Of a stretch of 53,267 bases of DNA, positions 19,829 to 30,866 are shown one piece after another (the stretch's first letter is position 1; each line of letters starts with the position of its first letter). Origin of the DNA: a virus (taxonomy: Duplodnaviria > Caudoviricetes); IMG/VR virus record IMGVR_UViG_3300012665_000878, positions 1-53,267 of that record. One strand, given 5' to 3'. The position numbers and the translations under genes are program-made. The notes under the pieces were generated by a model. The model ran no database searches, was not told where the DNA came from, and saw only the letters and a list, made by a program, of their open reading frames with translations.

Positions 19829-21224
19829 AATCAAATACTGGCAAGACAAGATTGAAAATTTAACTGGTAGTAAAACTTTCTGTGTGTTACCTTGGATACA
19901 TTTTGCCACAAGGCCTAATGGTGATATGCGACTTTGTTGTAACGCCAACAGCAGCGGAGCAGGTGTTGATCATGAAATAGGTCTAGTAAAAAACGAAACA
20001 GGCAGACCTGCTAATTTTGGTCGTGAAACTCCTATGAGTGCGTGGAACAACGACTATATGAAAGATGTGCGCTTAACTATGCTTGACGGCAAGATACCGG
20101 CCAGCTGTGTTAAATGTCATCAAGAAGAAAGTCGTGGAGTGGCCAGCAAACGTATATGGGAAACAGGTACATGGGTTGAAGAAGGCATAGACTTAGAAGA
20201 ACTAGTTAAACAAACTGAAGAAGATGGCATTGTCCCAGAACAGTTAGTTTACCTAGATCTTAGACTAGGGCATACCTGTAATCTAAAATGTATTATGTGT
20301 AGTCCACACGACAGCAGTCAATGGGTAGCAGATCACAAAAAAGTGTATCCCTTATTTCAAGCTAAAGAACTAAAAGAACAAATGGCATGGGGTCGTGAGG
20401 ACTTCAATAACTTTTGGCATGAAAATCCAGACTTCTGGAAAGAGATGTACGCACAGATTCCTAATCTAAAACAGGTCTACTTTGCCGGCGGCGAACCGTT
20501 AATGATCAAAGAACATAAATTGTTCTTAGAAGAAATTATACGTCAGGGATATGCTGATAAAATCTTAGTTAGATACAACACCAACGGTCTACTCATAGAC
20601 GACGAAATAATTGATCTTTGGTCTAAGTTTAGATTAGTTAAAGTTGGAGTAAGCATAGACGCAGTAGGTGAACGCAATCGTTATATACGTTTTCCTACAG
20701 AGTGGGACGTAGTGGTAAAAAATCTACACAAGCTCGACAAAGCACCACCCAACATACAGGCCAGTATTGCCACAGCCATACAGATTCTAAACATCAAACA
20801 CTTACCAGATCTTGCCAAGTGGAAAGTGCGTGAAGGTTTTAAGAAAATTAATTTTGAAAATGTCACAGGTGGCATACAAGCAGGCGGTGGGTTGTTTAAC
20901 ATGCACTTGCTGTACATACCTACATTCTTAAGCATCAAAGCGTTACCTGAAGAAGATAAAGCAGAAGTAAGAGAAAACTTTGCCATGCTGGCAAATTGGT
21001 TATATATTAACTACAGGCAAGACGAAGATTTTTGGAAAGACAATCCTTACGGGTGGCAGCGTTGGCAAGCAATTTTAAAATTCATGGACAGCGAAGATCA
21101 CACACATTTATTGCCAGCATTCCGCGAATACATAGAACGTATGGAAACTCTTAGAGGAACAGATTTTAAATCTACGTTTCCTGAACTGGAACATTTAATA
21201 AATGAAAAAAATAATTTATACTAA
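19821..21224 (+). CDS. radical SAM protein with N-terminal twitch-like domain
   Basis: FCVLPW...LCC...CVKC, CNLKCIMC, AGGEP. Confidence 0.9.
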   Translation: MDKIKYWQDKIENLTGSKTFCVLPWIHFATRPNGDMRLCCNANSSGAGVDHEIGLVKNETGRPANFGRETPMSAWNNDYMKDVRLTMLDGKIPASCVKCHQEESRGVASKRIWETGTWVEEGIDLEELVKQTEEDGIVPEQLVYLDLRLGHTCNLKCIMCSPHDSSQWVADHKKVYPLFQAKELKEQMAWGREDFNNFWHENPDFWKEMYAQIPNLKQVYFAGGEPLMIKEHKLFLEEIIRQGYADKILVRYNTNGLLIDDEIIDLWSKFRLVKVGVSIDAVGERNRYIRFPTEWDVVVKNLHKLDKAPPNIQASIATAIQILNIKHLPDLAKWKVREGFKKINFENVTGGIQAGGGLFNMHLLYIPTFLSIKALPEEDKAEVRENFAMLANWLYINYRQDEDFWKDNPYGWQRWQAILKFMDSEDHTHLLPAFREYIERMETLRGTDFKSTFPELEHLINEKNNLY

Positions 21225-21978
21225 CGGATGCAGTTTTACGTCTGGAGTAGATTTAGCAGATAGATATTTTTTAAAAAATTATCCAGGAACTGAAGAATCA
21301 CGTATAGAAGAAATAAAATTACTTTCTCAAAATTTAACAGAATTTAAAAAATTTTGTGAAAAAGAAAAAGAACTAGCATGGCCAAACTGTCTTGAGCAGA
21401 TTTTAAATATTAGAGTGTTTAATGAAGCAAAGGGAGGCAGCAGCCAAGAACAAATTGTTTTAGAATCTAAGAAGACGTTGCTTCGATTAAAAAAACGATA
21501 TACTGTAGTCACTGCTATAATACAGTTAACACTTCCTGGTAGATTTTTATATCCCGGCTCACATCGTCCTAACGGACATCTACCTTGGGATCGCGAAGGC
21601 AGCGATTGGACTTCTGTATTGATATCAGAAACCTATAAAGAAAAAGGAAAACAGTTAATGAAAGAAGTAATACCTCATTGGCCGTTTTATCACATAGATT
21701 CAAAATATGTCAATGACACTGACAATTTAATAAACTTCTGTAAAGTTAACGATATCAATTTAATTTTAGTCCCGTTAATAGACGGAGTATTTTACGATAA
21801 AATTATTGATGGTGAAATCTACGACAATAGCATTCGTGAACTTTTTTTTAAAGAAAATTATTTTTGGAGAGACCAAATTATAAATTCTGTAAAATCTAGT
21901 CCCAACGGCCATCCGTCAGAAGATGCTCACAGAAATTTAGCAGAGATGATATCTAAGTTACCTATCTTTCAAACGTAG
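21202..21978 (+). CDS. SGNH/GDSL-like hydrolase or acyltransferase
   Basis: NGCSFT block I and GHPSEDAH block V. Confidence 0.6.
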   Translation: MKKIIYTNGCSFTSGVDLADRYFLKNYPGTEESRIEEIKLLSQNLTEFKKFCEKEKELAWPNCLEQILNIRVFNEAKGGSSQEQIVLESKKTLLRLKKRYTVVTAIIQLTLPGRFLYPGSHRPNGHLPWDREGSDWTSVLISETYKEKGKQLMKEVIPHWPFYHIDSKYVNDTDNLINFCKVNDINLILVPLIDGVFYDKIIDGEIYDNSIRELFFKENYFWRDQIINSVKSSPNGHPSEDAHRNLAEMISKLPIFQT

Positions 21979-23092
21979 TAGCAATTCTTTCTAAACTGCC
22001 TAGTCTAACCTTAGGATGGGATAGAATTGGATCTTGAAGAATTTTTTTAAGATCAGAATGACAAGGATGAGTTGGCTTCCAAATAGCACGATGTTCGAAT
22101 TCTTCGTCAGACCATGTGCCCCAATTGTTTACTAGATAAAACGCAATGTAATCAAATTTATCAAACTTTGATAAAATCATTTTAGCAAAGTCTGGTATTT
22201 CTTTGTAATTTAAATCCTGAACAATAAAATCAGCAATGCCAAAACCAGTAGTTAGGTGCTGATTTATAAATTCGCAGTTAGCCATTAATTGATCCCAGTT
22301 GCCCCTTTTTCTAACTATTTCATAAGTTTCTTTGTTAGCAGCATCAAAGCATATCTTAACATATGCTATTCTATTATGCCATTGAGAGATTCTGCCCCAA
22401 TTAGACGGTGTTAATAATCCGCCATGCGTCTGTAATCCTATTTTTAAATTAGGCCAAGGAGAAGGATCAAAGTTAAACAGAAAATCTCTATATATTTTAG
22501 AAGCAAACGGATCGCCACTGCTTGTTATGTTTAATATTATTTCGTTATCGTGCGGCTTATCAAACAACGAATTAATAACATTATCGTGTAACATTTTTAT
22601 TTTATTATATTCTTCGCCCTCGGTGACATTTATAACTTCTTTTCGACAGCTTGGGCATTGTAAATTACAACTTCTATCATACGTTAAATTAACCTGACTA
22701 GGATATTTGTTTTTTATTTGACGTAATAAAAAATCATCTCCGTATGCGTTTCCATGTGAATTGTTTGGATCAAAATGAGTTATTTTTATGTCAGTGTCAG
22801 CCGGCAAATTTCTATCTAAAATTTGATTTTTTTGTTCATCTGTTGTTTCAGTGATAATTGGTAGCATGTTTGATGACAGCTCTGGACATTGAATGCTGTC
22901 ACAAAATTTAAAACTTTGATCTAACATCGATTCTCTTAAAACTCTAACTGGAGGCCCATTCCACACATCGTGTAAAGAATCTTGATAAAGGTTGCCTATC
23001 TTATACGGTAACCATTGTTCGCAGCATACTGAACAAGAACCGTCTTCTTTAATATCCAGCATAGTAAAAGGTGATGTACAGAATTTAGGCAT
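21962..23092 (-). CDS. radical SAM protein with N-terminal SPASM-like domain
   Basis: FCTSPF...VCC, CNLQCPSC, SGDPF. Confidence 0.9.
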   Translation of the reverse strand: MPKFCTSPFTMLDIKEDGSCSVCCEQWLPYKIGNLYQDSLHDVWNGPPVRVLRESMLDQSFKFCDSIQCPELSSNMLPIITETTDEQKNQILDRNLPADTDIKITHFDPNNSHGNAYGDDFLLRQIKNKYPSQVNLTYDRSCNLQCPSCRKEVINVTEGEEYNKIKMLHDNVINSLFDKPHDNEIILNITSSGDPFASKIYRDFLFNFDPSPWPNLKIGLQTHGGLLTPSNWGRISQWHNRIAYVKICFDAANKETYEIVRKRGNWDQLMANCEFINQHLTTGFGIADFIVQDLNYKEIPDFAKMILSKFDKFDYIAFYLVNNWGTWSDEEFEHRAIWKPTHPCHSDLKKILQDPILSHPKVRLGSLERIATTFER

Positions 23093-24188
23093 TTAATTTT
23101 CTTTTGGTAGTTTGATCCCAAATGACTTTAAAATCATTTAATTCTTTAGCTTTAGGCACACACATACCACAACCGCAACGTTGGTTAGGGCAAATAATAG
23201 GCGGAATAGAATCACCACTGATCAACGCAGTTACTGATTTTATAATTTCTCCCGTATCAGATAGATTGCCAATTGGTCCTCTACCTGTGTGCGTAGCCTT
23301 ACAAGTTTGGTGATGATGAACATTTCCTGTTTGTTGGTCAACATGTAAAAAATACCAATTAATCATACAGTGCCAATCTTTAAAAAATGTGTTGACTAAC
23401 TTAACGTCTTGCCACTCGTTGTTTACTAGCCCTTGAGTACAACGGCCTCCACAACAAGCACGACCTACGTTAGTGCCTTCTTGTACAACATCTATTTTTT
23501 TAGGTAGACCCTGAAATTCAAAAAACCAATTTTGCTGTTCTATTGTATATTCATGACTGGTCTTTCTATTAGTACCATCTGCGTCAACAAACCAACCCTT
23601 GCGTAATACATTGCCGTCACCTATAGGTGTAGGATGTACACGTATATCATACTCTCTTAATTGTTGGCAAAGTAATTTTGCTTCAGCAAAATAGTCAGTG
23701 TGTAACATAACATTAGCCTGTACAGAAATTCCCATGTTATGTAAATCGATGATATTGTTTACAGTACGTTGTTTAAGTTCATTTGAGGTTTCAGCATGCC
23801 AACTAACCGTAACATGTTTAAAATTATCTGCGATCTTTTGTGTGAAGTTTTTACCCCACGTTCCGTTGGTAGTTAAAGTCATTCCATACCCAGGAAACTG
23901 ATTAATGTAATCTATTAGTTCCCAGAAGGCAGGGTTGATAGTAGGCTCACCGCCGGTAAAGTCTATGAACACTCCTGTGTCTTGTACTTTGTTAGATTGA
24001 TAGACTTTTGTATACTCTCGTATAAAATCAAATGTCTTTTTTAACTCGTCAATTGTAGGCAAAGAACTGTGATTGTCATGCCGTGTGCTTTCACAATAGG
24101 TACAGTCTAAATTACACCTACGCAGTATTTCCCATGTAACTAAAAAGGGTTCTGGGTTTCGTAAACGAATAGCAGTAGTATCAATCAT
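23085..24188 (-). CDS. radical SAM protein
   Basis: CNLDCTYC, TGGEPT, C-terminal CPNQRCGCGMC. Confidence 0.9.
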   Translation of the reverse strand: MIDTTAIRLRNPEPFLVTWEILRRCNLDCTYCESTRHDNHSSLPTIDELKKTFDFIREYTKVYQSNKVQDTGVFIDFTGGEPTINPAFWELIDYINQFPGYGMTLTTNGTWGKNFTQKIADNFKHVTVSWHAETSNELKQRTVNNIIDLHNMGISVQANVMLHTDYFAEAKLLCQQLREYDIRVHPTPIGDGNVLRKGWFVDADGTNRKTSHEYTIEQQNWFFEFQGLPKKIDVVQEGTNVGRACCGGRCTQGLVNNEWQDVKLVNTFFKDWHCMINWYFLHVDQQTGNVHHHQTCKATHTGRGPIGNLSDTGEIIKSVTALISGDSIPPIICPNQRCGCGMCVPKAKELNDFKVIWDQTTKRKLNA

Positions 24189-25086
24189 TTTTTATTTTTG
24201 TTAAAGGTATGTCAGCAGCACAAGTACAGTAGTCTCTAGAGCACACGATAGCAGAAGTAGGTACAATAAATGTTCCGTTATAAATGTTACCTAGGCTACC
24301 ACCAACTCGACAGGTAGCACGATGTACTTCACCATCCCAGTTAATCATAAGACTTTCTAAGCCAGCGTTACATGACCAACCTTTAAATTGATTTTGATGT
24401 TTTTTTATAATATCGTTGGCGTGAACAATGTGTTCGTTGTCTACTCGAACATTAGGTTTAGCTGTGGCATCGTTATCTAAGATCCATTGTAAGTCTTTAC
24501 CGTCATAGCGCATATCATCAAATACATTATGATCACCTTCTGTCCATCGTATTCTTCGCACAGCAAATTTAACATTAATACGATTTAAAAAATCCACGGC
24601 TGCTCGCACATTGTCCATGTGTTCATGATGAGCCATTATGTTAACAAAGAAATCTACATGGGTAGCTGTAAAATACAATTCGTGAATTGTAGACAATACT
24701 CTTTGCCAGTCGTGTTCAAAATGTAAACTGAATACTAGGTGGTGAAAGAATTCTGAATTATCCGCATACCATTTATGATTGCGTGTTCCATTAGTAGTAA
24801 CGTTGACCCAAAATACACCTTTGCGTTTCATGTATTCAAATAAATCTTCTATGTCAGGATGAACACAGGGCTCTCCTCCTGTTAGACTGATGCGCAAGGG
24901 TCTATCTAATTCGCATAATCGATCAACAGTTTTTTCTAAAATATCAATAGGCGTGTGGGGACTGTAACTGTCATGGATACTGCTAGGGCAATATGAACAA
25001 TCATAGTTACAGCGTTTACCAATATTCCATTCGACCTTTATTTGGTCTTGATGAGGCCACGCACTGGTAATCTTTTTAAACGTCAT
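24181..25086 (-). CDS. radical SAM protein
   Basis: CNYDCSYC, TGGEP, CNAG...CTCAAD; related to 14198..15160. Confidence 0.9.
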   Translation of the reverse strand: MTFKKITSAWPHQDQIKVEWNIGKRCNYDCSYCPSSIHDSYSPHTPIDILEKTVDRLCELDRPLRISLTGGEPCVHPDIEDLFEYMKRKGVFWVNVTTNGTRNHKWYADNSEFFHHLVFSLHFEHDWQRVLSTIHELYFTATHVDFFVNIMAHHEHMDNVRAAVDFLNRINVKFAVRRIRWTEGDHNVFDDMRYDGKDLQWILDNDATAKPNVRVDNEHIVHANDIIKKHQNQFKGWSCNAGLESLMINWDGEVHRATCRVGGSLGNIYNGTFIVPTSAIVCSRDYCTCAADIPLTKIKND

Positions 25087-25681
25087 TCGTTAACCTTTGT
25101 ACAGCAGGACAACTACTCGTGATTCTCATACTTGCTACAATTCTTGGATTTGGTGTAGGGTTGTGTACTGCGTGTGGTACATCAACTTTTAATATCGCAG
25201 GTCGATCTAATGTAAATCTAGAAACTTCTTTTATATTTTTATAGTCCACACATCCTCCGCCCCAAGCATGATTACTACCGGGCAGTGTAGGATCTATAAG
25301 TTCATAATGTAATGTTTCGCTTTGATCACAATTTATCAAAGGTATGTTTAGTACGTATTCAGGAGCAAACGTTGTAGGGGCAACTCCTTTTTCAAGATGC
25401 TCATAATCGTCTTTGCTATCAATATGGATGTAGACAGAACCAGGATCATTTGGATCCATACTATCTAAATTAGTTTGCCTAAACGCAATAAAAATTATCT
25501 GTAATAATTCTATTCCCTGTTCTTTCAATTCTAAAATTAATTCAGGTAGATCGTTTTTAAATTGATCTAAATTTACACCAGTCCATGCTTCTTTGGCAAA
25601 GCCTTTTTCTTCTCGATAACTGATTAGCGTATCTCTATGAGCTTGCCAATTAGGATACTCAAAATAATGATAATATTTCAT
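25076..25681 (-). CDS. Fe(II)/2OG-type oxygenase-like protein
   Basis: IHID, LNIPL and PHAVHN...R. Confidence 0.6.
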   Translation of the reverse strand: MKYYHYFEYPNWQAHRDTLISYREEKGFAKEAWTGVNLDQFKNDLPELILELKEQGIELLQIIFIAFRQTNLDSMDPNDPGSVYIHIDSKDDYEHLEKGVAPTTFAPEYVLNIPLINCDQSETLHYELIDPTLPGSNHAWGGGCVDYKNIKEVSRFTLDRPAILKVDVPHAVHNPTPNPRIVASMRITSSCPAVQRLTNDV

Positions 25682-26973
25682 AGGTATAATTTAAACTCCG
25701 GAACCACTGTTTCGAGAGGACCTTGATTTCTAGAACGATCTAAATTTCTATTAAAACTTATAAAGTCATTCCATAGATTGTTTTGATCTTTGGCTTGTAG
25801 ATAATTGATATTGTCTTGTATTTGTTGATGTGTCACTTTACCAAGTAGTGGATTTTTCTTAACAGGTTCCCATTGGTCTACACGTAATGCTACGGTTTGT
25901 AATCTTTCAATTGCTAGTTTTTTTAGTTCTGTGGGCAGCACCTGCGCTGACAAGCAGTTAGGATAGCTAACACGATGACTGTAGAATACAATGCCCATAG
26001 TGTTAATAAAGTAATCAATACAATCTGCGGCTTGTAGTATATTACCGGCTTGCGCTGTGAACGCACCTACTACACGACTTACGTTAGGTATCTTTTTTAT
26101 CTCTTTAATGTTTTCTTCAACTTGATTAAAATCGCCGTTGCTGCGAATGTAATTGTAAACATTGTGAATGCCGTCAATGCTGACGTTAACGGCAATGCTT
26201 CTAAAATGTGGCCAATAGTCATGAATAGTTCTTCCTTTGCTAATTCCAAGTGTTGTGCCATTTGTGGCATATTTTAATTCTATGTTAGAGCCATAGGGCT
26301 TCAACATATCTAAAATTTTGTAATGCTGTGGATCCATTAGTGGTTCGCCACCAGCAAACTCCACACGTCTAAAGTGTGGTAATAGTTTTTCAAAACTTGT
26401 CCACCAATTATCAGTATCTTCGAACGGACATAGATACTTGCTGGTCTGTAATCCCAATCGATCAATTACCGGTACTAGATAGTTATTTTCTTTTTTATAA
26501 AATTTTTCTACTTGATCCCAATCATTCCAGCTAGTACTATCCATAGGATGACACATGCGGCATTTTAAGTTACACAAATTGTTGAGTTTAATCTCCATCG
26601 TGGGCAACTCGAATGGCATTATTTCTTGTAGTGGAGTGTTAGGGTATAAGTTAACTCTAGCTTCTGGAATGTCACCTTTGATATGACGCTGTCGTAGACT
26701 TTCAACTCCTTGATCTTCTAGAGCAAAGCAAGGTTCACATTCTGGCGGCCGCTCTCCAGACAATACCTGTCTACGGATTCGACGCATAACTTCATTGTTC
26801 CATATGTCTTCAAGACTAGAGTCTTGTATAAATCCAACAGGATGACTACGGCAACAGGCTTTAACAGCGCCGTCTTCCCTAGTTGCTAGTCCTGTAAATG
26901 GATGTAAGCAGAATGTTTTACTTTGATTGTTCAATGGCCCAAGCCCTTTCTTTACACCAGAAACACCGACCAC
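25678..26973 (-). CDS. radical SAM protein with N-terminal twitch-like domain (true start possibly TTG at 26934)
   Basis: FCLHPF...ACC...CEPC, CNLKCRMC, AGGEP. Confidence 0.9.
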   Translation of the reverse strand: MVGVSGVKKGLGPLNNQSKTFCLHPFTGLATREDGAVKACCRSHPVGFIQDSSLEDIWNNEVMRRIRRQVLSGERPPECEPCFALEDQGVESLRQRHIKGDIPEARVNLYPNTPLQEIMPFELPTMEIKLNNLCNLKCRMCHPMDSTSWNDWDQVEKFYKKENNYLVPVIDRLGLQTSKYLCPFEDTDNWWTSFEKLLPHFRRVEFAGGEPLMDPQHYKILDMLKPYGSNIELKYATNGTTLGISKGRTIHDYWPHFRSIAVNVSIDGIHNVYNYIRSNGDFNQVEENIKEIKKIPNVSRVVGAFTAQAGNILQAADCIDYFINTMGIVFYSHRVSYPNCLSAQVLPTELKKLAIERLQTVALRVDQWEPVKKNPLLGKVTHQQIQDNINYLQAKDQNNLWNDFISFNRNLDRSRNQGPLETVVPEFKLYL

Positions 26974-27679
26974 AAATAGGTACCGGTTGTCCTGGCTTAT
27001 ATGTTTTGTAATCTAGATCAAAAAACACTTCTGGACGAGTTGTGCTGTCACCTTCGCAACTACGAGTCATGTAAAATAAATCTTGTTTGTTTATTTTATT
27101 ATAGGTATCGACTACCCAACTTTTATCTACAAATCTAAATGGGTGGCATGCTAACACGCCCATGTGTTCCATAACTTTAAGATGTTGATTATCATCAGTT
27201 GGATCTATGTCTCTAGTTGGCATTCCTTTAAATGTGACATTTTTAGGATTCCTAGTGACTGCGTTATAATAGGCGTTTACTTTGTTGTGATGACAGACAT
27301 ACTCGCCAAATGCCCTAAGTTCAACATTGTCACCACTAACCAATTTACCATATTCGTCTACAATTGTCGGCCCTTTATCTCCCCATTCTAATTCGGGTGC
27401 TATAAAGTTAGTGTGTCTATGAAATGTGATATTTGTAAATTCATTTAACAACCATCTAAACACAGTCAAACTATCATGTTCTTGCCATGGTTTGGTTTTC
27501 CACATTCTAGTATGACTTATGATGTGTACGGTAAATGGTTCTATGTCATTTTTTTGAATATGGTCGCATAACAAGTATGCTAACAGCGCAGAGTCAGCGC
27601 CACCACTGAGGCTTATGGCTATACTGGACCAATTATAATCAAACGGTATTTCAACGTCATTTACTGTAAATGAATTCAT
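26918..27679 (-). CDS. PP-loop ATPase, QueC-like
   Basis: SLSGGADS PP-loop; TRSCEG and CGRCFWC zinc site. Confidence 0.7.
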   Translation of the reverse strand: MNSFTVNDVEIPFDYNWSSIAISLSGGADSALLAYLLCDHIQKNDIEPFTVHIISHTRMWKTKPWQEHDSLTVFRWLLNEFTNITFHRHTNFIAPELEWGDKGPTIVDEYGKLVSGDNVELRAFGEYVCHHNKVNAYYNAVTRNPKNVTFKGMPTRDIDPTDDNQHLKVMEHMGVLACHPFRFVDKSWVVDTYNKINKQDLFYMTRSCEGDSTTRPEVFFDLDYKTYKPGQPVPICGRCFWCKERAWAIEQSK

Positions 27680-27718
27680 GATATATTTAAGCTAGTTATA
27701 GTAGCACATAAATATTTC

Positions 27719-28387
27719 ATGATTACTAAACAGATATGGACCTGCCCAGAAGGTCTAATTGAACAAGCACTAAAAGAACAACCAATTACAGAAAGTGTTG
27801 TTCTTAATGAACCAACAGGTGATTTCTTTTACGATAGATGGCAAATTAAAGACTTGTACAAAAATACACTTTGGCAACAAGTATTAGACTCTATGCCAAT
27901 GTCTATTGGACAAGCACGTATTATTAAAATGGAACCTGGTGAGAGTTATATGGCCCATGCTGATATAGATAATCGTTGGCACTTAAACTTGACAGGTGAG
28001 CAAGCATACTTGATTGACCTAGACGAAAAAATCATGTACGCATGTGAGAGAGATAACCGCTGGGCATATATGGATGCTAGTCGTATACATGCGGCTACTA
28101 ATTATGGGTCTGTTCCACGTTTACAATTAGTAGTACGAGAGCCATTGCGTACTAGTCGTGTACCAGTAGACCTAGTTAGCATTAGTATAGAGCCAGCTTA
28201 CGAGCAACATGACTTTAGATATAAGTTTGATAAAATCTTTAGTCCGTTTTTAAATCGTGCTAACTGGGGACATAAATTGGCAAACTTCGCACACACAACA
28301 TCCGCAGTGTCATTTAAACTAGAACGCGAACTACTTGAAAAATTTGAAAAACTCGTAACGCCGGAGTTTAAAGTAACTTATGCTTAA
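27719..28387 (+). CDS. Fe(II)/2OG oxygenase (AspH-like)
   Basis: PGESYMAHAD and IHAATNYG...RLQLV. Confidence 0.7.
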   Translation: MITKQIWTCPEGLIEQALKEQPITESVVLNEPTGDFFYDRWQIKDLYKNTLWQQVLDSMPMSIGQARIIKMEPGESYMAHADIDNRWHLNLTGEQAYLIDLDEKIMYACERDNRWAYMDASRIHAATNYGSVPRLQLVVREPLRTSRVPVDLVSISIEPAYEQHDFRYKFDKIFSPFLNRANWGHKLANFAHTTSAVSFKLERELLEKFEKLVTPEFKVTYA

Positions 28388-28823
28388 AGTTGGAATCACT
28401 GGTACGACTCGCGGACTTGGCCAAGCACTACATGACCATTTTGTCGATAAAGGCTGTCATGTAACGGCTTTCAATAGGGGATCGGACATGAGTGCCGCAG
28501 CTGGTTGCGACTTGCTTATCAATAATGCCTACGGCATACAAATGGATATACTTAACCAACTGTATGCAAGTGTGGGCAAGATGGTTGTCATGGGCAGTAT
28601 AGTTACAAATTTTCCTGACGTAGAAATGCCAGACTATACTGTACAAAAAACAAAATTAGAAGAACGTGTGTTAGAGCTTAACCTTCCTAACATACTGTTA
28701 TTAAAACTATCCAGCACTGCCTACAACGATTCACAAGTTGTTATTGATGCGATCGAATACTGGCTAGCAAATCCATTAGTGAATGTTATATCGTTTAGAG
28801 CAACTGGAGCACCTAACAGATGA
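28380..28823 (+). CDS. short SDR/Rossmann-fold protein
   Basis: ITGTTRGLG, INNA and YTVQK. Confidence 0.7.
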   Translation: MLKVGITGTTRGLGQALHDHFVDKGCHVTAFNRGSDMSAAAGCDLLINNAYGIQMDILNQLYASVGKMVVMGSIVTNFPDVEMPDYTVQKTKLEERVLELNLPNILLLKLSSTAYNDSQVVIDAIEYWLANPLVNVISFRATGAPNR

Positions 28824-29407
28824 AAGTTGTAATTACAGGACACACATATGGTATAGGTAAAGCCTTGTACGACAGTTTTAAATCTGCCGAGTGGGAGGTT
28901 GTTGGCCTTAGTCGCAGCAACGGCTATGACATAGACTCAGATTTTGACAAGGTGGTAGACGCTGCCGCAGGCGCAGACTTGTTTATTAACAATGCTTACC
29001 GTGATAAGCAACAAACAAAATTAGTACACGCATTAAAAGATAAAGTTAAGAAGATGATTGTGATGGGTAGCGTAAGTAGACATTACCCAGAGCTTATACA
29101 TACAGACTATGTACATGACAAGCAAGAGTTAGCAGAAGCCTGTAGACTCGTTAGTATAGATCCTAACGGCATTGATATACTACACTTGGATTTAAGTTTT
29201 ATAGAACAGCCGATTCCCAATGACGACCCAACTGCGTTTTCTAGTGATTATGTTATTAAGTTCGATGAGATCCTAAGTGCTATTGATTTTTGGACAACTA
29301 ATCCTAAAATTAGACAAATGGAATTTGTATGGAAACTAACACCGTTTGTCTACAGTCAACTTAAACAAGCGTTTCCTAACCTAGACCCATCGCGGGTACA
29401 GTTCTAA
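28820..29407 (+). CDS. short SDR/Rossmann-fold protein
   Basis: ITGHTYGIG, INNA and YVHDK. Confidence 0.7.
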   Translation: MKVVITGHTYGIGKALYDSFKSAEWEVVGLSRSNGYDIDSDFDKVVDAAAGADLFINNAYRDKQQTKLVHALKDKVKKMIVMGSVSRHYPELIHTDYVHDKQELAEACRLVSIDPNGIDILHLDLSFIEQPIPNDDPTAFSSDYVIKFDEILSAIDFWTTNPKIRQMEFVWKLTPFVYSQLKQAFPNLDPSRVQF

Positions 29408-29932
29408 ATTAGCAAGGAACTTGTCTGGGTATATGCGCCAGACGGTTTGATCTGTGTTGCGATAATTCATTTCACATACACGCTCTACAATACCCAACTT
29501 AGCCAGTGTAGGAAAGTAATGTCTATGTACAAGACGTTGACTTGCTACTTGGCTTTCATTGCTGGTAGCATAAAGTTCACCTTTTGCCCAAGCAATACAC
29601 GTAGGTAGTAAAAACTGATCTGTCAAGTTCTGATGTTCAGCAATTAACTTTCTAGGTGTTATAAGTCCACTATTAAGTCTAGCAGTTCCAAATGTACAAG
29701 TACGTGCTAGTACACGATAAGCATTAGGACCCATTTCATTAAATGAATGGGCAGCAACACTACCGACAGCCTTGTCGTCTTGATATAGTATCCATGCCGC
29801 CCATTCTGGCTCATTACGAAAGCAATCAATCATTGCACGTTGACTAGCATTGTTAGCAAAGCCACGCTGTTCTGCTTCCGCATAGAACTCGGTTAAATTT
29901 AAATCTTCAGTCCAAGGTACAATTTTATACAT
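29381..29932 (-). CDS. hypothetical protein, GNAT-like fold suspected
   Basis: WILYQDDKAVGSVAAH...YRVLAR beta pattern; weak. Confidence 0.45.
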   Translation of the reverse strand: MYKIVPWTEDLNLTEFYAEAEQRGFANNASQRAMIDCFRNEPEWAAWILYQDDKAVGSVAAHSFNEMGPNAYRVLARTCTFGTARLNSGLITPRKLIAEHQNLTDQFLLPTCIAWAKGELYATSNESQVASQRLVHRHYFPTLAKLGIVERVCEMNYRNTDQTVWRIYPDKFLANLELYPRWV

Positions 29933-30866
29933 TTTTTAACTTAATAACTTTTTCTGGAGTTCTGTAAAAAACATGGTCACTGGTGTTAGGACACATGTCG
30001 CATTGTTCTATGCCTTTGTATTTGTTGTTTGAAAACTCTGTTACTTCGTCTGCCGAACAACACATAAGATCCAATGGTTGATAGCTTAGGTACTTTTGCC
30101 AATCTGGATCATCTTGACTATTATGATATTCGAGAAACTTTTTTAATGTGCCTAATGCTGCGCATTTATATAATTTTCTATCATACAAAAAAGTACAGAA
30201 TGCGCTACAACAACCTTTTTTATAAGACCCTTGCGGATCTCCGGTCATAAAAGGTTTTGGCTTATTGTGTATTAAAGAATAATTTGCTTGAAATTCATCT
30301 TGAGATTTAAAAAATACTGTTATTCGGCCTTGTTGATTTAAGTAGACCATTTCTTTCTCAAAATCACCTAGAGAGTCAACTGGCGCATCAACAAGTACTT
30401 GATCAAAAAAATCACTGCTAGACCCTTTGACTAGCCCTAGTTTAGAAACTAAATTATTAGTCGACTGTTTGAGTTCGGTACTTAATGATTGATCATCAAA
30501 CGCTGAAAAATGATCACATATAACTAATGTTAAATTATAGCTGGTTATTAATCTAACAATTTCGTTTATTTTTTTATCTATCATTCTTCCATTGGTCGGC
30601 ACTAGAATATTCGTATGCTGATCAAAACTTCTTATATGTCTAGCTATTGTTTCTAATTTGTCTAGATAAAATAATGCTTCGCCGCCCAGAATAGAGTAGT
30701 TGTCTATATGGAATTTGTTTCTAGTTAAATCAATCCCTTCTATTATAGATTCGATCAGCGGATCATGAGTTTTGCTTTTGATAACATCACTTCTAGTGTC
30801 GCAATACAAGCAAGATAGATTACACTTATTGCCAATGAAAATATCTAATATTTTAATGCTGTTCAT
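29925..30866 (-). CDS. radical SAM protein
   Basis: CNLSCLYC, LGGEA, LYKC...CDMCP. Confidence 0.85.
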   Translation of the reverse strand: MNSIKILDIFIGNKCNLSCLYCDTRSDVIKSKTHDPLIESIIEGIDLTRNKFHIDNYSILGGEALFYLDKLETIARHIRSFDQHTNILVPTNGRMIDKKINEIVRLITSYNLTLVICDHFSAFDDQSLSTELKQSTNNLVSKLGLVKGSSSDFFDQVLVDAPVDSLGDFEKEMVYLNQQGRITVFFKSQDEFQANYSLIHNKPKPFMTGDPQGSYKKGCCSAFCTFLYDRKLYKCAALGTLKKFLEYHNSQDDPDWQKYLSYQPLDLMCCSADEVTEFSNNKYKGIEQCDMCPNTSDHVFYRTPEKVIKLKNV

